From: Vampirovibrionaceae bacterium NZW_1234
GTDB lineage: Bacteria > Cyanobacteriota > Vampirovibrionia > Vampirovibrionales > JAGQHJ01
Direction: 5' to 3'
NCBI GenBank assembly: GCA_041697335.1
Contig: JBGUGD010000038.1
Location: 1-64,000, forward strand
DNA length: 64,000 nucleotides
The position numbers were made by a program, and so were the translations under genes. Shown here piece by piece: positions 20,314 through 29,927 of this stretch (the first letter of the stretch is position 1; each line of letters opens with the position of its first letter). The notes under the pieces were generated by a model. It saw only the letters and a program-made list of their open reading frames with translations. It was not told the origin of the DNA and did no database searches.

Positions 20314-20522
20314 ACCGCACCCTATCCGTCGACAGCGACAGCGGAACGTGAGTAAAACATACACCCGTAGGAATCAACTTAATGCTGCTGCGTTCCCGCC
20401 CTGACATGGTTCGTTGCCCTTACGCCATATGATTATCCACAGCTATCGAGCCTCGGGATAGTAGTCCACCCTGCTAGAGCGATGCAGGTACAGGGATCCG
20501 CTACCTCCCCGCGTAGTGCGGC
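20314..20522 (-). ncRNA. ffs: signal recognition particle RNA, large (Alu-domain) bacterial type
   Basis: The minus strand has the Alu-domain sequence GCGGGGAGGTAGCGGATCCCTGTACCTGCATCGCTCTAGCAGGG, closely matching the 5' end of Bacillus scRNA as recalled. It also has the helix-8 core GAACCATGTCAGG-GCG-GGAA-CGC-AGCAGCATTAAG and terminal CCGCAC/GTGCGG pairing followed by a U-run. Confidence 0.92.
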
Positions 20523-20587
20523 TAGCTAAATATAACACAAAACATCTGTAAAAAAATGTTCTCCATATTGGGCATTCCCAAAAGCAA

Positions 20588-20613
20588 TCCCTCGGTTTTG
20601 GGGAACCGAGGGA
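20588..20613 (-). terminator. hairpin terminator after the coiled-coil gene
   Basis: TCCCTCGGTT...AACCGAGGGA stem. Confidence 0.65.
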
Positions 20614-20669
20614 CTTAATCGAAGAAATATCAAGGGATGTGAGGGGGGGGAAGTTTGTTGGGGTCTTGC

Positions 20670-23252
20670 TTAGCCTTGGCCCAGAGCGAACCAGACATCA
20701 ACTGCCAGTCGCTTCTGTCCGTTTATCGTGAAGGAACCAATCTCACGGTGGTCAACATCGTTTTCATCGATAAACCGACCATCCGTCGAGTACGCCAGGT
20801 CGACGCTATTGATACCCCACTCGGCCAGGGTTTTCAACTCATTGGCCTGGGAAACGCCGTCACCGTTTGAATCAACCCAGACTTTCAGCTTGCTGAACAC
20901 GCTGTCTTTGTTGTCGATGACACCGTCGCCATTTTCGTCGAACTTGGCGAGTTCTTTAAATCCGTTATCCGCACCGTGCTGATCACCGAACAGTTCTCGG
21001 CCATCGTCAATGGTACCATTGCCGTTACGATCCAGGACCAGGAAGCCATCGTTGCTGTCTAACCAAGAGGTTTGATCTTTGATGCCATCAGCATTCAGGT
21101 CGAAGTTGCTGGAGCCGGCCGCACGAGTCCCGATTTTGCCATCGTTGTTCAGGTCAAATGCGATGGGAGAACCCAGGTTGTGGGTCGCACGGATGTAGTT
21201 ACGGGCACGTGTATTCAGTTGGTTAATCAGAGTATCGATTTGTGGATCGGCAGAGACACCATACTGTTGCTTGTGTCGCTTCAGAATGTTGATTAAATCC
21301 AAAGTGTTCTGTGCTTCACCCAAGAGGAAGTTTTTGTTGGGGTGGCTGGTACTGTATGGAGATGTTGGCAAAATCGTGCCTAAATCAGGGTAAGCCGCTC
21401 TGAGCTCAGCCAGCCTGTAACGGTTGGGGTTCACAAGGTTGGCTTGGCCATCGTGTGCTTTGTTAATGGTCGTCCAATGTGATTGAGGATTGTTCACCAA
21501 GCCAGCCAACTGGGTATCACCAAAGTACTGGCTGCTCAGGAATTCGTTAACAGCTGAGATCAAGTTCTCTTTGCCGTTGGCAAAGTTGGTGGCCAATTGC
21601 GCTCTGACATTGGCAATCTCAGCAGTCAAGTTGTTGACTTGCGTTTGCAGTTGGCTCACTTGAGCTTGATGCTGGTTTCGCAGCTGTGCAATCTGAGCTT
21701 CATAGGCGTTGCGAATGGTTGCAATCTCTTGGTCTTTTTGAGCGCCCAAACGTTGCAGTGCCTGCTGATTCTCGGTTTGCAAGCGAGTGATTTCGGCTTG
21801 ATGCTGCGTTCTTAAGGTGGAGATTTGAGTATTCAAAGATGCAATTTGTTGATCTTTCTGCGTGTTGAGTTGGTTGAGCTGTGTATTGATATCACGCAGG
21901 GCTTGGTTTTGAGCTGTCAAAGCTTCAATATCGGCTTGATAACGAGCATTTAGTGCAGCTAACTGTGCATCTTTCTGGGCATTAAGTTCTGTCAAACGAG
22001 CATTGCGTTGTTCCAAGCTCAGATTTTGTGCTTGAAGAGCAGCCACATCTCGATCGTACTGAGCATTCAAGTCTGCAATTTCTTGATCTTTTCTGGCATT
22101 AAGCTCTGTTAAACGAGTATTATCAGCTTCCAGCGCTCGTTTTTGAGAGTTTAGTGCATCGACTTCTTGCGCGTGGCGAGCATTGATATCGCTGATCCGA
22201 TGGTTCAGATCATCGATTTGCTGTTGATGCCGTGCTTTCAAGTCATCCACTTCTTTTTGGTGACGAGTATTAATCTTGGCAATCTCAGCCTCATGCTCGG
22301 CTTTTACCTTGTCGAGCTTCTCTTGATTATCTTTATTAATGGTAGAAATTTGACGCTGATGTGCTTCATTAAGCGACTTGATTTCGTCTTCCTGTTTTTT
22401 CTTCAAGTCTTCCAATTCTTTTTTACGCTTTGCATCAAGGTCATTCAGATCCTTTTGGCTGTCTCTCTTAATATCGTCAATCTCTTTTTTGTGATCATTC
22501 CTTAACTCATCGATATCATCTCTGAGATTATTGATTTCCCGCTTATGGCGATCGCGAATGATATCAATTTCGCCTTCATACTCACGGCGAACATCTTCAA
22601 TGTAGCTTCTGAGACGAGTACTACTGGACGTTGCACGAGATTCTCTATCACCACTTTCTGTAATGGCATTTTTGAGAATTTGCATCATCAAAACCGAGCT
22701 AGCCATACCAAACATATTGACCAAATTGGCCGATGTTTGAGATGTGTCTACGCTAGTGCTAACAGTCGTCCTGGGAGCAGTCACGTTAAAGTTGGTCACA
22801 GGCAGAGACATTGGCACTGAGGCAGCAGGGCTAAATCCAGGGAACATCTGTACCGGAGGTGCAACCGGTGGCTGGAAGAATACCGAGCTTGATTGTGGAG
22901 GCACAGCAGAAGGTGCCTGATAAAAGACCGGTGAGGTTTGAGCATAGCTGGGTGCTGCACCACCAAAGACTTCGCCACCAATGTTGGCTACGGGATCATA
23001 TAATCCAGAATTAAAGCCACCTGCAGAAGCAAACTGTCCGGCAAAGCCGCTAAAGAATCCAGCATTTGCTGGCTGGCCCCAGCCGCCGGGTGCGGCGAAG
23101 CCAGTAGCCGTAGGCATACTGCCAAAGCCAGTAAAGTTACCAATTGTATTAAACGCTTGTTGCATACCACCAGCAACGGGTACGTAGATGAGTTGAGGCA
23201 CAAGATTAGTACCTCCAGCACCCATCTGTTGTTGTGCAGGGTTATTAAACAT
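20670..23252 (-). CDS. coiled-coil protein with low-complexity N-terminus and C-terminal FrpC-type self-processing-module-like Ca2+-binding domain
   Basis: AAGGAG SD; G/F/P/S-rich N-terminus; about 340-aa coiled coil; C-terminal SPIAFDLNNDG...LDRNGNGTIDDGRELFG...WVDSNGDGVSQANEL. Confidence 0.85.
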   Translation of the reverse strand: MFNNPAQQQMGAGGTNLVPQLIYVPVAGGMQQAFNTIGNFTGFGSMPTATGFAAPGGWGQPANAGFFSGFAGQFASAGGFNSGLYDPVANIGGEVFGGAAPSYAQTSPVFYQAPSAVPPQSSSVFFQPPVAPPVQMFPGFSPAASVPMSLPVTNFNVTAPRTTVSTSVDTSQTSANLVNMFGMASSVLMMQILKNAITESGDRESRATSSSTRLRSYIEDVRREYEGEIDIIRDRHKREINNLRDDIDELRNDHKKEIDDIKRDSQKDLNDLDAKRKKELEDLKKKQEDEIKSLNEAHQRQISTINKDNQEKLDKVKAEHEAEIAKINTRHQKEVDDLKARHQQQIDDLNHRISDINARHAQEVDALNSQKRALEADNTRLTELNARKDQEIADLNAQYDRDVAALQAQNLSLEQRNARLTELNAQKDAQLAALNARYQADIEALTAQNQALRDINTQLNQLNTQKDQQIASLNTQISTLRTQHQAEITRLQTENQQALQRLGAQKDQEIATIRNAYEAQIAQLRNQHQAQVSQLQTQVNNLTAEIANVRAQLATNFANGKENLISAVNEFLSSQYFGDTQLAGLVNNPQSHWTTINKAHDGQANLVNPNRYRLAELRAAYPDLGTILPTSPYSTSHPNKNFLLGEAQNTLDLINILKRHKQQYGVSADPQIDTLINQLNTRARNYIRATHNLGSPIAFDLNNDGKIGTRAAGSSNFDLNADGIKDQTSWLDSNDGFLVLDRNGNGTIDDGRELFGDQHGADNGFKELAKFDENGDGVIDNKDSVFSKLKVWVDSNGDGVSQANELKTLAEWGINSVDLAYSTDGRFIDENDVDHREIGSFTINGQKRLAVDVWFALGQG

Positions 23253-23499
23253 CCCAACAGTTCTCCTTGATCTTCCTTCTTCGCTTTCCGTAAACTAATA
23301 AAAACAAAATTAAGATATTATTGCTAGTTTGTATATTTTTTGTTACAAATTATTTTTTCAGATTCTCTTAGACTATTAAAGAAGCAGAATTGGAGAGCGC
23401 TTCTGGAAAGCTATGAATAGGAAGACCCGATTAAAATGAGAATTTTGGGCTCTTGCTTTTTGCAGAAACCCCAGGAACATAGAGACATGAGTGGAATCG

Positions 23500-24045
23500 C
23501 TAGAGCAACGTCGCCGTTATTGTTAAAGTCCCAGAATAGTTACCGGGAGCTTTAGCCGACGTCACTGTGGTATCAACAATATCACCATTAATCATGATTG
23601 CCGCCCTTTTAGCTGTAAATGTCGGTCTAAATGGCGTTGTTGAAACCGGTACGCCACCAATCGTGCCGGTCAGATTTGCAGTAATGGTATCCGTTCCATT
23701 CGAAAGGTTCAGATTCAGGGCGTTTAAGGAACACTGCACATTGGCACTTGGGCTGTTGACAATAACGTCGCCGCGTATTTGGAAATCCGCGGCGACTGTA
23801 TTCGAAGCAGCATCAATACTGTTAGGATTGATGGTGTGCGTTAAAATACTGGTCGCATTATCCACACGTACAGTGATAACACTGGGTAGGGTGGCTGTTA
23901 ATGTCACCTGACTGTTGGAACTGGATGTTCCCGGCCCTGAATTCACAATTTGAGCATGCGCCATAGCTCCGATGTCAGCAATGAATGCAGCCGTGAGTGC
24001 CAAACAGACAAATTGCTTTTTAAAAATGAAGGGGACTTTTTCCAC
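23500..24045 (-). CDS. fimbrial subunit-like secreted protein (paralog 1)
   Basis: Signal peptide ending AHA, all-beta T/S/N-rich body, C-terminal PGNYSGTLTITAT pilin-type strand. Confidence 0.8.
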   Translation of the reverse strand: MEKVPFIFKKQFVCLALTAAFIADIGAMAHAQIVNSGPGTSSSNSQVTLTATLPSVITVRVDNATSILTHTINPNSIDAASNTVAADFQIRGDVIVNSPSANVQCSLNALNLNLSNGTDTITANLTGTIGGVPVSTTPFRPTFTAKRAAIMINGDIVDTTVTSAKAPGNYSGTLTITATLL

Positions 24046-24168
24046 ACCCTACTCCCTTTTAGCCAGATGCTGACATAATTTGGTGTCACATTGTACAAGC
24101 ACCCTCCAGTGTATCAATATTAGAAACGTCTGAATATCGGGTTAATAACGGAGCTTTGACAAAACAGA

Positions 24169-24196
24169 TCAAGCAGGGGGCGTTCCCCCTGCTTGA
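24169..24196 (-). terminator. intrinsic terminator between the pilin paralogs
   Basis: TCAAGCAGGGGG-cgtt-CCCCCTGCTTGA. Confidence 0.75.
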
Positions 24197-24213
24197 AAAT
24201 CTTTGTAGAGAAA

Positions 24214-24747
24214 TTATATTAATGTTGCAGAAATCGTCAGTGTACCCGTATAGTCCCCTGGAGCTTTTTCGGAGGTAACTGTAGATTCGTCAATATCGCC
24301 ATTAATGACAATGGATGCCTTCTTATTGGTAAATGTGGGTGTAAAGGCCGAGGTAGAGACACTGGTTCCACCAATGGTTCCACTCAGAGCGGTCGTGATG
24401 GTGTCAGAACCATTGGCCAAGGACAGGGACAAAGTACTTAAGGTACATTGTACGTTGGCAGAAGGGCTGTTCACAAGGACATCACCGCGAATTTGAAAAT
24501 CTGTGGAGGCGACATTTGAACTCGAATCTACCAAGTTCGGATTGATGGATTTGGTTAATGTGCTTGTACCTTCGTTGACTTTAACAAACACAATGCTGGG
24601 CACGGTTGCTTTCATGGTTACCTGGCTGGTCGAACTCGTGGCACTTGGGCCCGAATTAACAACTTGTGCCTGAGCATGACCCGTTGCTAAAACACCAATA
24701 GCCAAGACAATAGCCACGGAGCTGAAAACGTTAAGCATACAACGCAT
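24214..24747 (-). CDS. fimbrial subunit-like secreted protein (paralog 2, probable major subunit)
   Basis: Signal peptide ending AQA; aligns end to end with 23500..24045 (DFQIRGDV.VNSPSANVQC, PGDYTGTLTISAT); AGGAG SD. Confidence 0.82.
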   Translation of the reverse strand: MRCMLNVFSSVAIVLAIGVLATGHAQAQVVNSGPSATSSTSQVTMKATVPSIVFVKVNEGTSTLTKSINPNLVDSSSNVASTDFQIRGDVLVNSPSANVQCTLSTLSLSLANGSDTITTALSGTIGGTSVSTSAFTPTFTNKKASIVINGDIDESTVTSEKAPGDYTGTLTISATLI

Positions 24748-25037
24748 AAAGGGTACTCCTACTAAACAATAACTGAGGGTATTGAACAGGTAGATACGTG
24801 TGACAGCGAGTGAGCAACCATATCATCCTGAGTAATGAAACTGCTTCCAAGCAGGATGAAGAAGATATCGGAGAAATCTTCAGCAGGTTTAATCAGGGCT
24901 TCATAATTATTAATCCCAACGGATTTCTTTTGGCTATCAAAGGCTGAACACTTCATCTTATAATAGGATGTTATTCTTAATAAAAAATTTGAAGATAAAA
25001 AAGAATCATCATTGTCATGTTTAGAGAATAAGAGATC

Positions 25038-28000
25038 TTGGGTTTGCGGCTCAGAAGGGGTAGGCGCGCTTTATTCAGTGCCGCCATCGCATTGCATTTG
25101 TTTTGGTATTTAATGACTGGCGCATCCGCTGACTTCAGTCATCCGGAACCAACGATTACTTCCATAAACCTGAACGGAAAGTTAAATGTGGATCTGGAAG
25201 TCATTCAGTGGCCGGATGGCCGCCTATCACTTCCAGTAAAATATCTGGCCACACTTCTGGATCTGTCTCCACAGCAAGCTTATGAGTCTAAGGCCGTCAC
25301 GTTTACCGATCCGGTCAGCTCGACTCCGATTCGAATCGACCTTGAGCGTCAGCAAATTACCCAAGGTGAGACACTATTTGAACAGTTCGCTCATCCAATT
25401 ATCACGATTCCTGTGGGATTATTCTCGCAAAATGATCTTTACATCGACAAAGAGCTGCTGGAACAGTTTTTCGGGATCACGTTGGAATGGGATACAGTAT
25501 CCCAGTCAATCGCGCTAGTAACCAACCGAAAAATCAAAGCCCTGATTCGAATGACAAACGAAACCAGCGAGGATGACGAGGCTTTGGCAGACGGCAAAAC
25601 CGATCCTGCAAACCAGGTCATTCAACCCACACCCTCCGATCAGGTAATCGATACAATCAGTTTGAGCCTGGACAGTTCAACCTTTCAGGAAATGCAACGC
25701 CAGCCGGTGTTATCAAGTCCGAATCCACAGATCTCGCAATTTTTCAACCTGGGCAGCACCCTGCTCACCGAAATGAAGGGGCATCTCTTGGGAATGCCCT
25801 ATAGCGTTAGCCCTCGCTGGTTACTTCAGAATAAAGCGTGGGGGGTTTCTGACATTCAATGGCTGATTGAAAAGAAAACAGAAAAGCATCTCTGGGCGGC
25901 AGGCAGCCTTTCCCCTGGGCTAAGCCCGTTGGTCGCTCCATTACACCCTATTTGGGGTGTTCAGGTTGCATCTCATAATGCCGTATCACCCATTATTACG
26001 CCAAATAGCATTCACCAATTCAAGGGAGAGGCAAAAGAAAAAGGCAAAATTGTTCTGGAGCGAAACGGGGTTTACATCAAAACCACCCGCCCCCGAGACG
26101 GCAAGTATGAGTTCGACCAGGTTGTCCTGGAACCGGAGCGTCTCAATCACGTGAGGATTCTTCAGCATCGAAGCGATGGCTCAGAAGTCGTGTTGATGGA
26201 TCAGCTGATACCTTATTTCTCCAAAACATTAAACAAGGGAGAAAAAGCTTATACCACTTTTCTGGGCAGGGTGCCTTACCAGTTCGCATTACCCGGCATG
26301 GGCCAACAGGGGCGTACCCTGCCTCAATCCAATAAATGGGTATTTGGGGGTCGTTATTTTGCAGGACTTTCCGACAAAACAACGTTGGGGGTTTCTTTAG
26401 CCATGGATCGGGTTCTCGGGCGCCCATTAACTTCAACCATGAACCAGTTATTGCTTGAGCAGCAACTCGTTGATCTGACCGGCTACTCCACCTACCGCCG
26501 GGATCCCAATTTGATTCAGGGGGGTAATATTGGCATCACATTACAATCCCGTCTTTCTAGCCATTGGAGCCTGAACACGGATATCTCTCAAAGCTATCTG
26601 GGACGTTTATCCTCCAACTTGAACACGATTATCGATAGCCCTCTCGGTCGTGCCGGTTCAATGTCACTGCGTTATGACAGCAATAAACTCCAAGGGACTG
26701 TAAAGCTTTTCCGCTATGACACCAATTTTTATACCCCAAATTCGCTCAATGCCGGCAACCTGTATGATCGACAAGGACTTTCTGTGGAGGCTGGCGGTCG
26801 GCTATTGGGCTCGCTTCTGCAGGGCTCTTGGGAACATTATTTAACCAATCTGAATGAACGTTTGGAAGATGGCAAAATCACGGTCAACAAATTTACAGGA
26901 AGCATCTATCGAAAACTAAACAAAAATACTGAAGCCCGGGTTGCTTTCAACTTTCTCAGCGGAAGCAACCTCAGCGGGGAATTAGGAATTCAAAATCTTC
27001 AAGCCGAACTCCATCGGTCTTTACCTCAAAATATGAAATTACGCATGACCTACACGCGAGCCAACCAGGAGTATTTATTTAATCCTGTCAATCCCTTGCA
27101 GCTTGCCGCCGTTCAATCTCAAACCGCTCTCAATACCGCTTTGCAAACTGAGCTGCTAATCCCGCTGCCGAAACGTTTCGGCACCTTGCAGCTTCAGAAT
27201 CGATCGAGTAGGTTGTTAACGTTGTTTGGTGTTCAGGGAAATCTTCGATGGCGTCGTTTCATTTTTCAATTTCTGGCTCAAAAAGGGGTTGGAGAGCAAG
27301 CGTTAAATACGTTTGGCCTGGGTATAGGACATGAATGGAAAAATGGCAAGCGAGTGGATGTCCACTTCAATTTTAACTCGACCAATCTCCCCTCACTAGA
27401 TCCTTTGGTGAGACCTGGCCTTCGGAGTTCTCGCAGCTTTCAAATCCAGTTTTCCGATACATTGGCCCATGTGGGTGGGCATTGGAAATCCATGGGGCGC
27501 CGGGCAGAATCCACGGGCATGCTTCTCGGACAGGCTTTCCTGGACTTAAACCAAAACGGGAAAAGAGATGCCGGAGAACCCGGCGTACCGAATATCCCGG
27601 TTCGCATTGACGGTAAAGAGTTGATGACAACCAATAGTGCAGGTGAGTTTTCAAACACGGAAATCGCTATTGGTGAACATCCGGTCTCGTTTGACTACGA
27701 CACACTGCCCATTAATTTAACGCCAACAACCACCGTCCAAAAAGCAATGATTGCAGCCGGCAAGCGAACCAGAGTCCAGCTGGGATTGATCGTGACACCC
27801 GGCAGTGTCAGTGGCAAAGTCAGACTCAAAGATGTTTCGGGGAATCCTTTGAAAGCCACCGACATTATTGTCACGCTCTTAGATGAGAAGGGCACAGAGA
27901 TCAAATTTACCTACACCGATCCCCAAGGCGACTACAGCATCCAGGATATTGCACCTGGGAAATACCGTGTGTGCATCAGTGCAAACCAGGTTAAACAACA

Positions 28001-28115
28001 ACACCTTCAAGTGCAAAACTCAGAATATCATGTCGATGTGCCAATCGATTACAAGCAATTCTATGATAAAATAGGCATAGATTTTGATATACTGCAGCTC
28101 AAAATAATCCCTTAA
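25038..28115 (+). CDS. usher-like outer-membrane protein with C-terminal SdrD-B/Cna-B (carboxypeptidase-regulatory-like) domains
   Basis: 1025 aa with signal peptide and a long amphipathic beta-strand region; FLDLNQNGKRDAGEPGV and TDPQGDYSIQDIAPGKY; adjacent to a chaperone and pilins. Confidence 0.75.
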   Translation: MGLRLRRGRRALFSAAIALHLFWYLMTGASADFSHPEPTITSINLNGKLNVDLEVIQWPDGRLSLPVKYLATLLDLSPQQAYESKAVTFTDPVSSTPIRIDLERQQITQGETLFEQFAHPIITIPVGLFSQNDLYIDKELLEQFFGITLEWDTVSQSIALVTNRKIKALIRMTNETSEDDEALADGKTDPANQVIQPTPSDQVIDTISLSLDSSTFQEMQRQPVLSSPNPQISQFFNLGSTLLTEMKGHLLGMPYSVSPRWLLQNKAWGVSDIQWLIEKKTEKHLWAAGSLSPGLSPLVAPLHPIWGVQVASHNAVSPIITPNSIHQFKGEAKEKGKIVLERNGVYIKTTRPRDGKYEFDQVVLEPERLNHVRILQHRSDGSEVVLMDQLIPYFSKTLNKGEKAYTTFLGRVPYQFALPGMGQQGRTLPQSNKWVFGGRYFAGLSDKTTLGVSLAMDRVLGRPLTSTMNQLLLEQQLVDLTGYSTYRRDPNLIQGGNIGITLQSRLSSHWSLNTDISQSYLGRLSSNLNTIIDSPLGRAGSMSLRYDSNKLQGTVKLFRYDTNFYTPNSLNAGNLYDRQGLSVEAGGRLLGSLLQGSWEHYLTNLNERLEDGKITVNKFTGSIYRKLNKNTEARVAFNFLSGSNLSGELGIQNLQAELHRSLPQNMKLRMTYTRANQEYLFNPVNPLQLAAVQSQTALNTALQTELLIPLPKRFGTLQLQNRSSRLLTLFGVQGNLRWRRFIFQFLAQKGVGEQALNTFGLGIGHEWKNGKRVDVHFNFNSTNLPSLDPLVRPGLRSSRSFQIQFSDTLAHVGGHWKSMGRRAESTGMLLGQAFLDLNQNGKRDAGEPGVPNIPVRIDGKELMTTNSAGEFSNTEIAIGEHPVSFDYDTLPINLTPTTTVQKAMIAAGKRTRVQLGLIVTPGSVSGKVRLKDVSGNPLKATDIIVTLLDEKGTEIKFTYTDPQGDYSIQDIAPGKYRVCISANQVKQQHLQVQNSEYHVDVPIDYKQFYDKIGIDFDILQLKIIP

Positions 28116-28164
28116 GGCGTCCTGCATTGCGGACACAACCATTTCGGAGCAGGTTGAGGCATTT

Positions 28165-29061
28165 GTGAAGATAAAAGTATTGTTTAGGAAGTTAAGGGCC
28201 ATTGCATTCACCCAACCCATTCGACTGGCAGTAATGGCCATGTCTTGCAGCGCTATTTTGAGCGCATTCCCGTTCCCTGCAGAAGCAGCTTACACGGTTG
28301 ATCCGTTGCGCATTGAGCTCGACATGCCAGAGAACACCAATGTGGTTACGACGTCCGTTCGAATTCATAACAACGGTACGGAAACCATTCGCTTGAAAGC
28401 CTACCTGGAAAATTGGACCCTTGATGAAGGGGGCGGATTACAGTTGTTGACTCGTGAGAAAACATCCTTTGATATCGCCGAAAATGTTCGTTTTAACCCG
28501 AAGGAATTTGAGGTGGCTCCAAATGCCACACAGGTTATTCGCTTAGCCATATCTTTACCCCCTGAAGCAAAAGACGGCGAATATCGGGGCATGCTGTTCT
28601 TCGAAGATTTAAAAACGGAATCACAGCGCTTTACTTCCAACAAGGGATTCGGCGCTTCGGTTCAGATCAAACAGCGTTTTGGAATGGCCCTGTATACCTA
28701 CAAAGGCCAGCCAAAGCCCCTTCCCCATCTTAAAACCTTCGACTGCCGCATGGAAAGCGGAAAACTCAAAACAGCAATCGAACTTGAAAACAAGGGAAAT
28801 CGCCATGTACGGGTAACCAGCTCTTTACTGGTGTTTCAGAAAGATGCCCAGGGAAATAAAAAACCCTTTAAAGAAATTCCTATCAACGATTTGCACGATA
28901 TCATCATCTTGCCGAACCAAAACCGCAAGATTGAGCAAGTGCTTGCTCCGACGGAAGCTCTATCCGAATTTCCTGCCGGCGATTATCAGCTGGAACTCCA
29001 TTTTTCCGATGCCTCATTTGACACCAACCTTCCCACAGCCAACATCCATGTTGCCGATTAG
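28165..29061 (+). CDS. PapD-like fimbrial biogenesis chaperone
   Basis: Signal peptide ending AEA; VDPLRIEL, FNPKEFEVAPNATQVIR, GEYRGMLFF, ENKGNRH, ILPNQNRK. Confidence 0.85.
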   Translation: MKIKVLFRKLRAIAFTQPIRLAVMAMSCSAILSAFPFPAEAAYTVDPLRIELDMPENTNVVTTSVRIHNNGTETIRLKAYLENWTLDEGGGLQLLTREKTSFDIAENVRFNPKEFEVAPNATQVIRLAISLPPEAKDGEYRGMLFFEDLKTESQRFTSNKGFGASVQIKQRFGMALYTYKGQPKPLPHLKTFDCRMESGKLKTAIELENKGNRHVRVTSSLLVFQKDAQGNKKPFKEIPINDLHDIIILPNQNRKIEQVLAPTEALSEFPAGDYQLELHFSDASFDTNLPTANIHVAD

Positions 29062-29065
29062 CGTC

Positions 29066-29620
29066 CTATAAGACCACGGCTGTAACGGTTAAGGTACCCG
29101 TGTAATTGCCGGAAGCCCGAGTCATTTCGAGGTAGGATTCGTCTAAATCTCCTTGTAAATTCATGGTCGCTGTTGTCCCGGAGAAATTAATTCTTACAAA
29201 ATTGTCTGAAGCTGGGACACCGCCAATTGAACCGGATATACGGACAAGTAGCGAATCCGTTCCCTGAGTCAAGTAGAGCTGCAACGGTTGAACCGCAACC
29301 CAAACTTTGTTGTTGAGTGATCGACGACTAATCGTAATTACGCCACTCATCTGGAAATCCATGGAAATAATATTTTGGGTAGGTGGTGTTTCAAACAGCG
29401 TAACATTCTTTTGCAGGATTGAATTAATCGAGGTTAACTGGACATTCACCGTCTCCTGAGCCAGAGACGGTGATCCCATAAATGCGCCTGGAAGCACCAA
29501 ACATCCCAGGACAAGAACATTACATAAAGATATCCGATGCCTCCAGGCGAATGTTGCCTGGAAGCGATGTGAGCGGTATTTTTTCCATAAGTTTTTGCAA
29601 AATACTGTCAAAAGAGTCAT
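29066..29620 (-). CDS. third fimbrial subunit-like protein (minor/tip candidate)
   Basis: Homologous to the two pilins (MDFQMSG, ISGSIGGVP, GNYTGTLTVTAV); start uncertain. Confidence 0.75.
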   Translation of the reverse strand: MTLLTVFCKNLWKKYRSHRFQATFAWRHRISLCNVLVLGCLVLPGAFMGSPSLAQETVNVQLTSINSILQKNVTLFETPPTQNIISMDFQMSGVITISRRSLNNKVWVAVQPLQLYLTQGTDSLLVRISGSIGGVPASDNFVRINFSGTTATMNLQGDLDESYLEMTRASGNYTGTLTVTAVVL

Positions 29621-29927
29621 GGGCAGTCGCGAAAATCACAAGCTCATTGGCATTTCCGCCAGCAGAGGTATTGGCGGCCTGTCCCCATTTTACACGATAA
29701 ACCTGAATGTGCGTGCTTGGTGCATTCCGGAGTCTGGGTAGGCCTTTTCCCTTGACACCCAGGGTTGGGCTTAGCTGCGCTGATAAGGTGACAACCGCCT
29801 CTGCCGAAGTACCATTATCGGATTCTCTCACTCTGGCACAGACAGTGGTGTTCCATTCATTGGCGTAAGTGGCTGCCAGACACAGCCAAAGGCTAAGCCA
29901 AATCAGGCGTCTCTCACACCTTCGCAT
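29520..29927 (-). CDS. short secreted pilin-like protein or truncated paralog
   Basis: Signal-like N-terminus and AVVTLSAQL strand similar to pilin QVTLTATL; overlaps the downstream ORF by about 100 nt. Confidence 0.4.
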   Translation of the reverse strand: MRRCERRLIWLSLWLCLAATYANEWNTTVCARVRESDNGTSAEAVVTLSAQLSPTLGVKGKGLPRLRNAPSTHIQVYRVKWGQAANTSAGGNANELVIFATAHDSFDSILQKLMEKIPLTSLPGNIRLEASDIFM

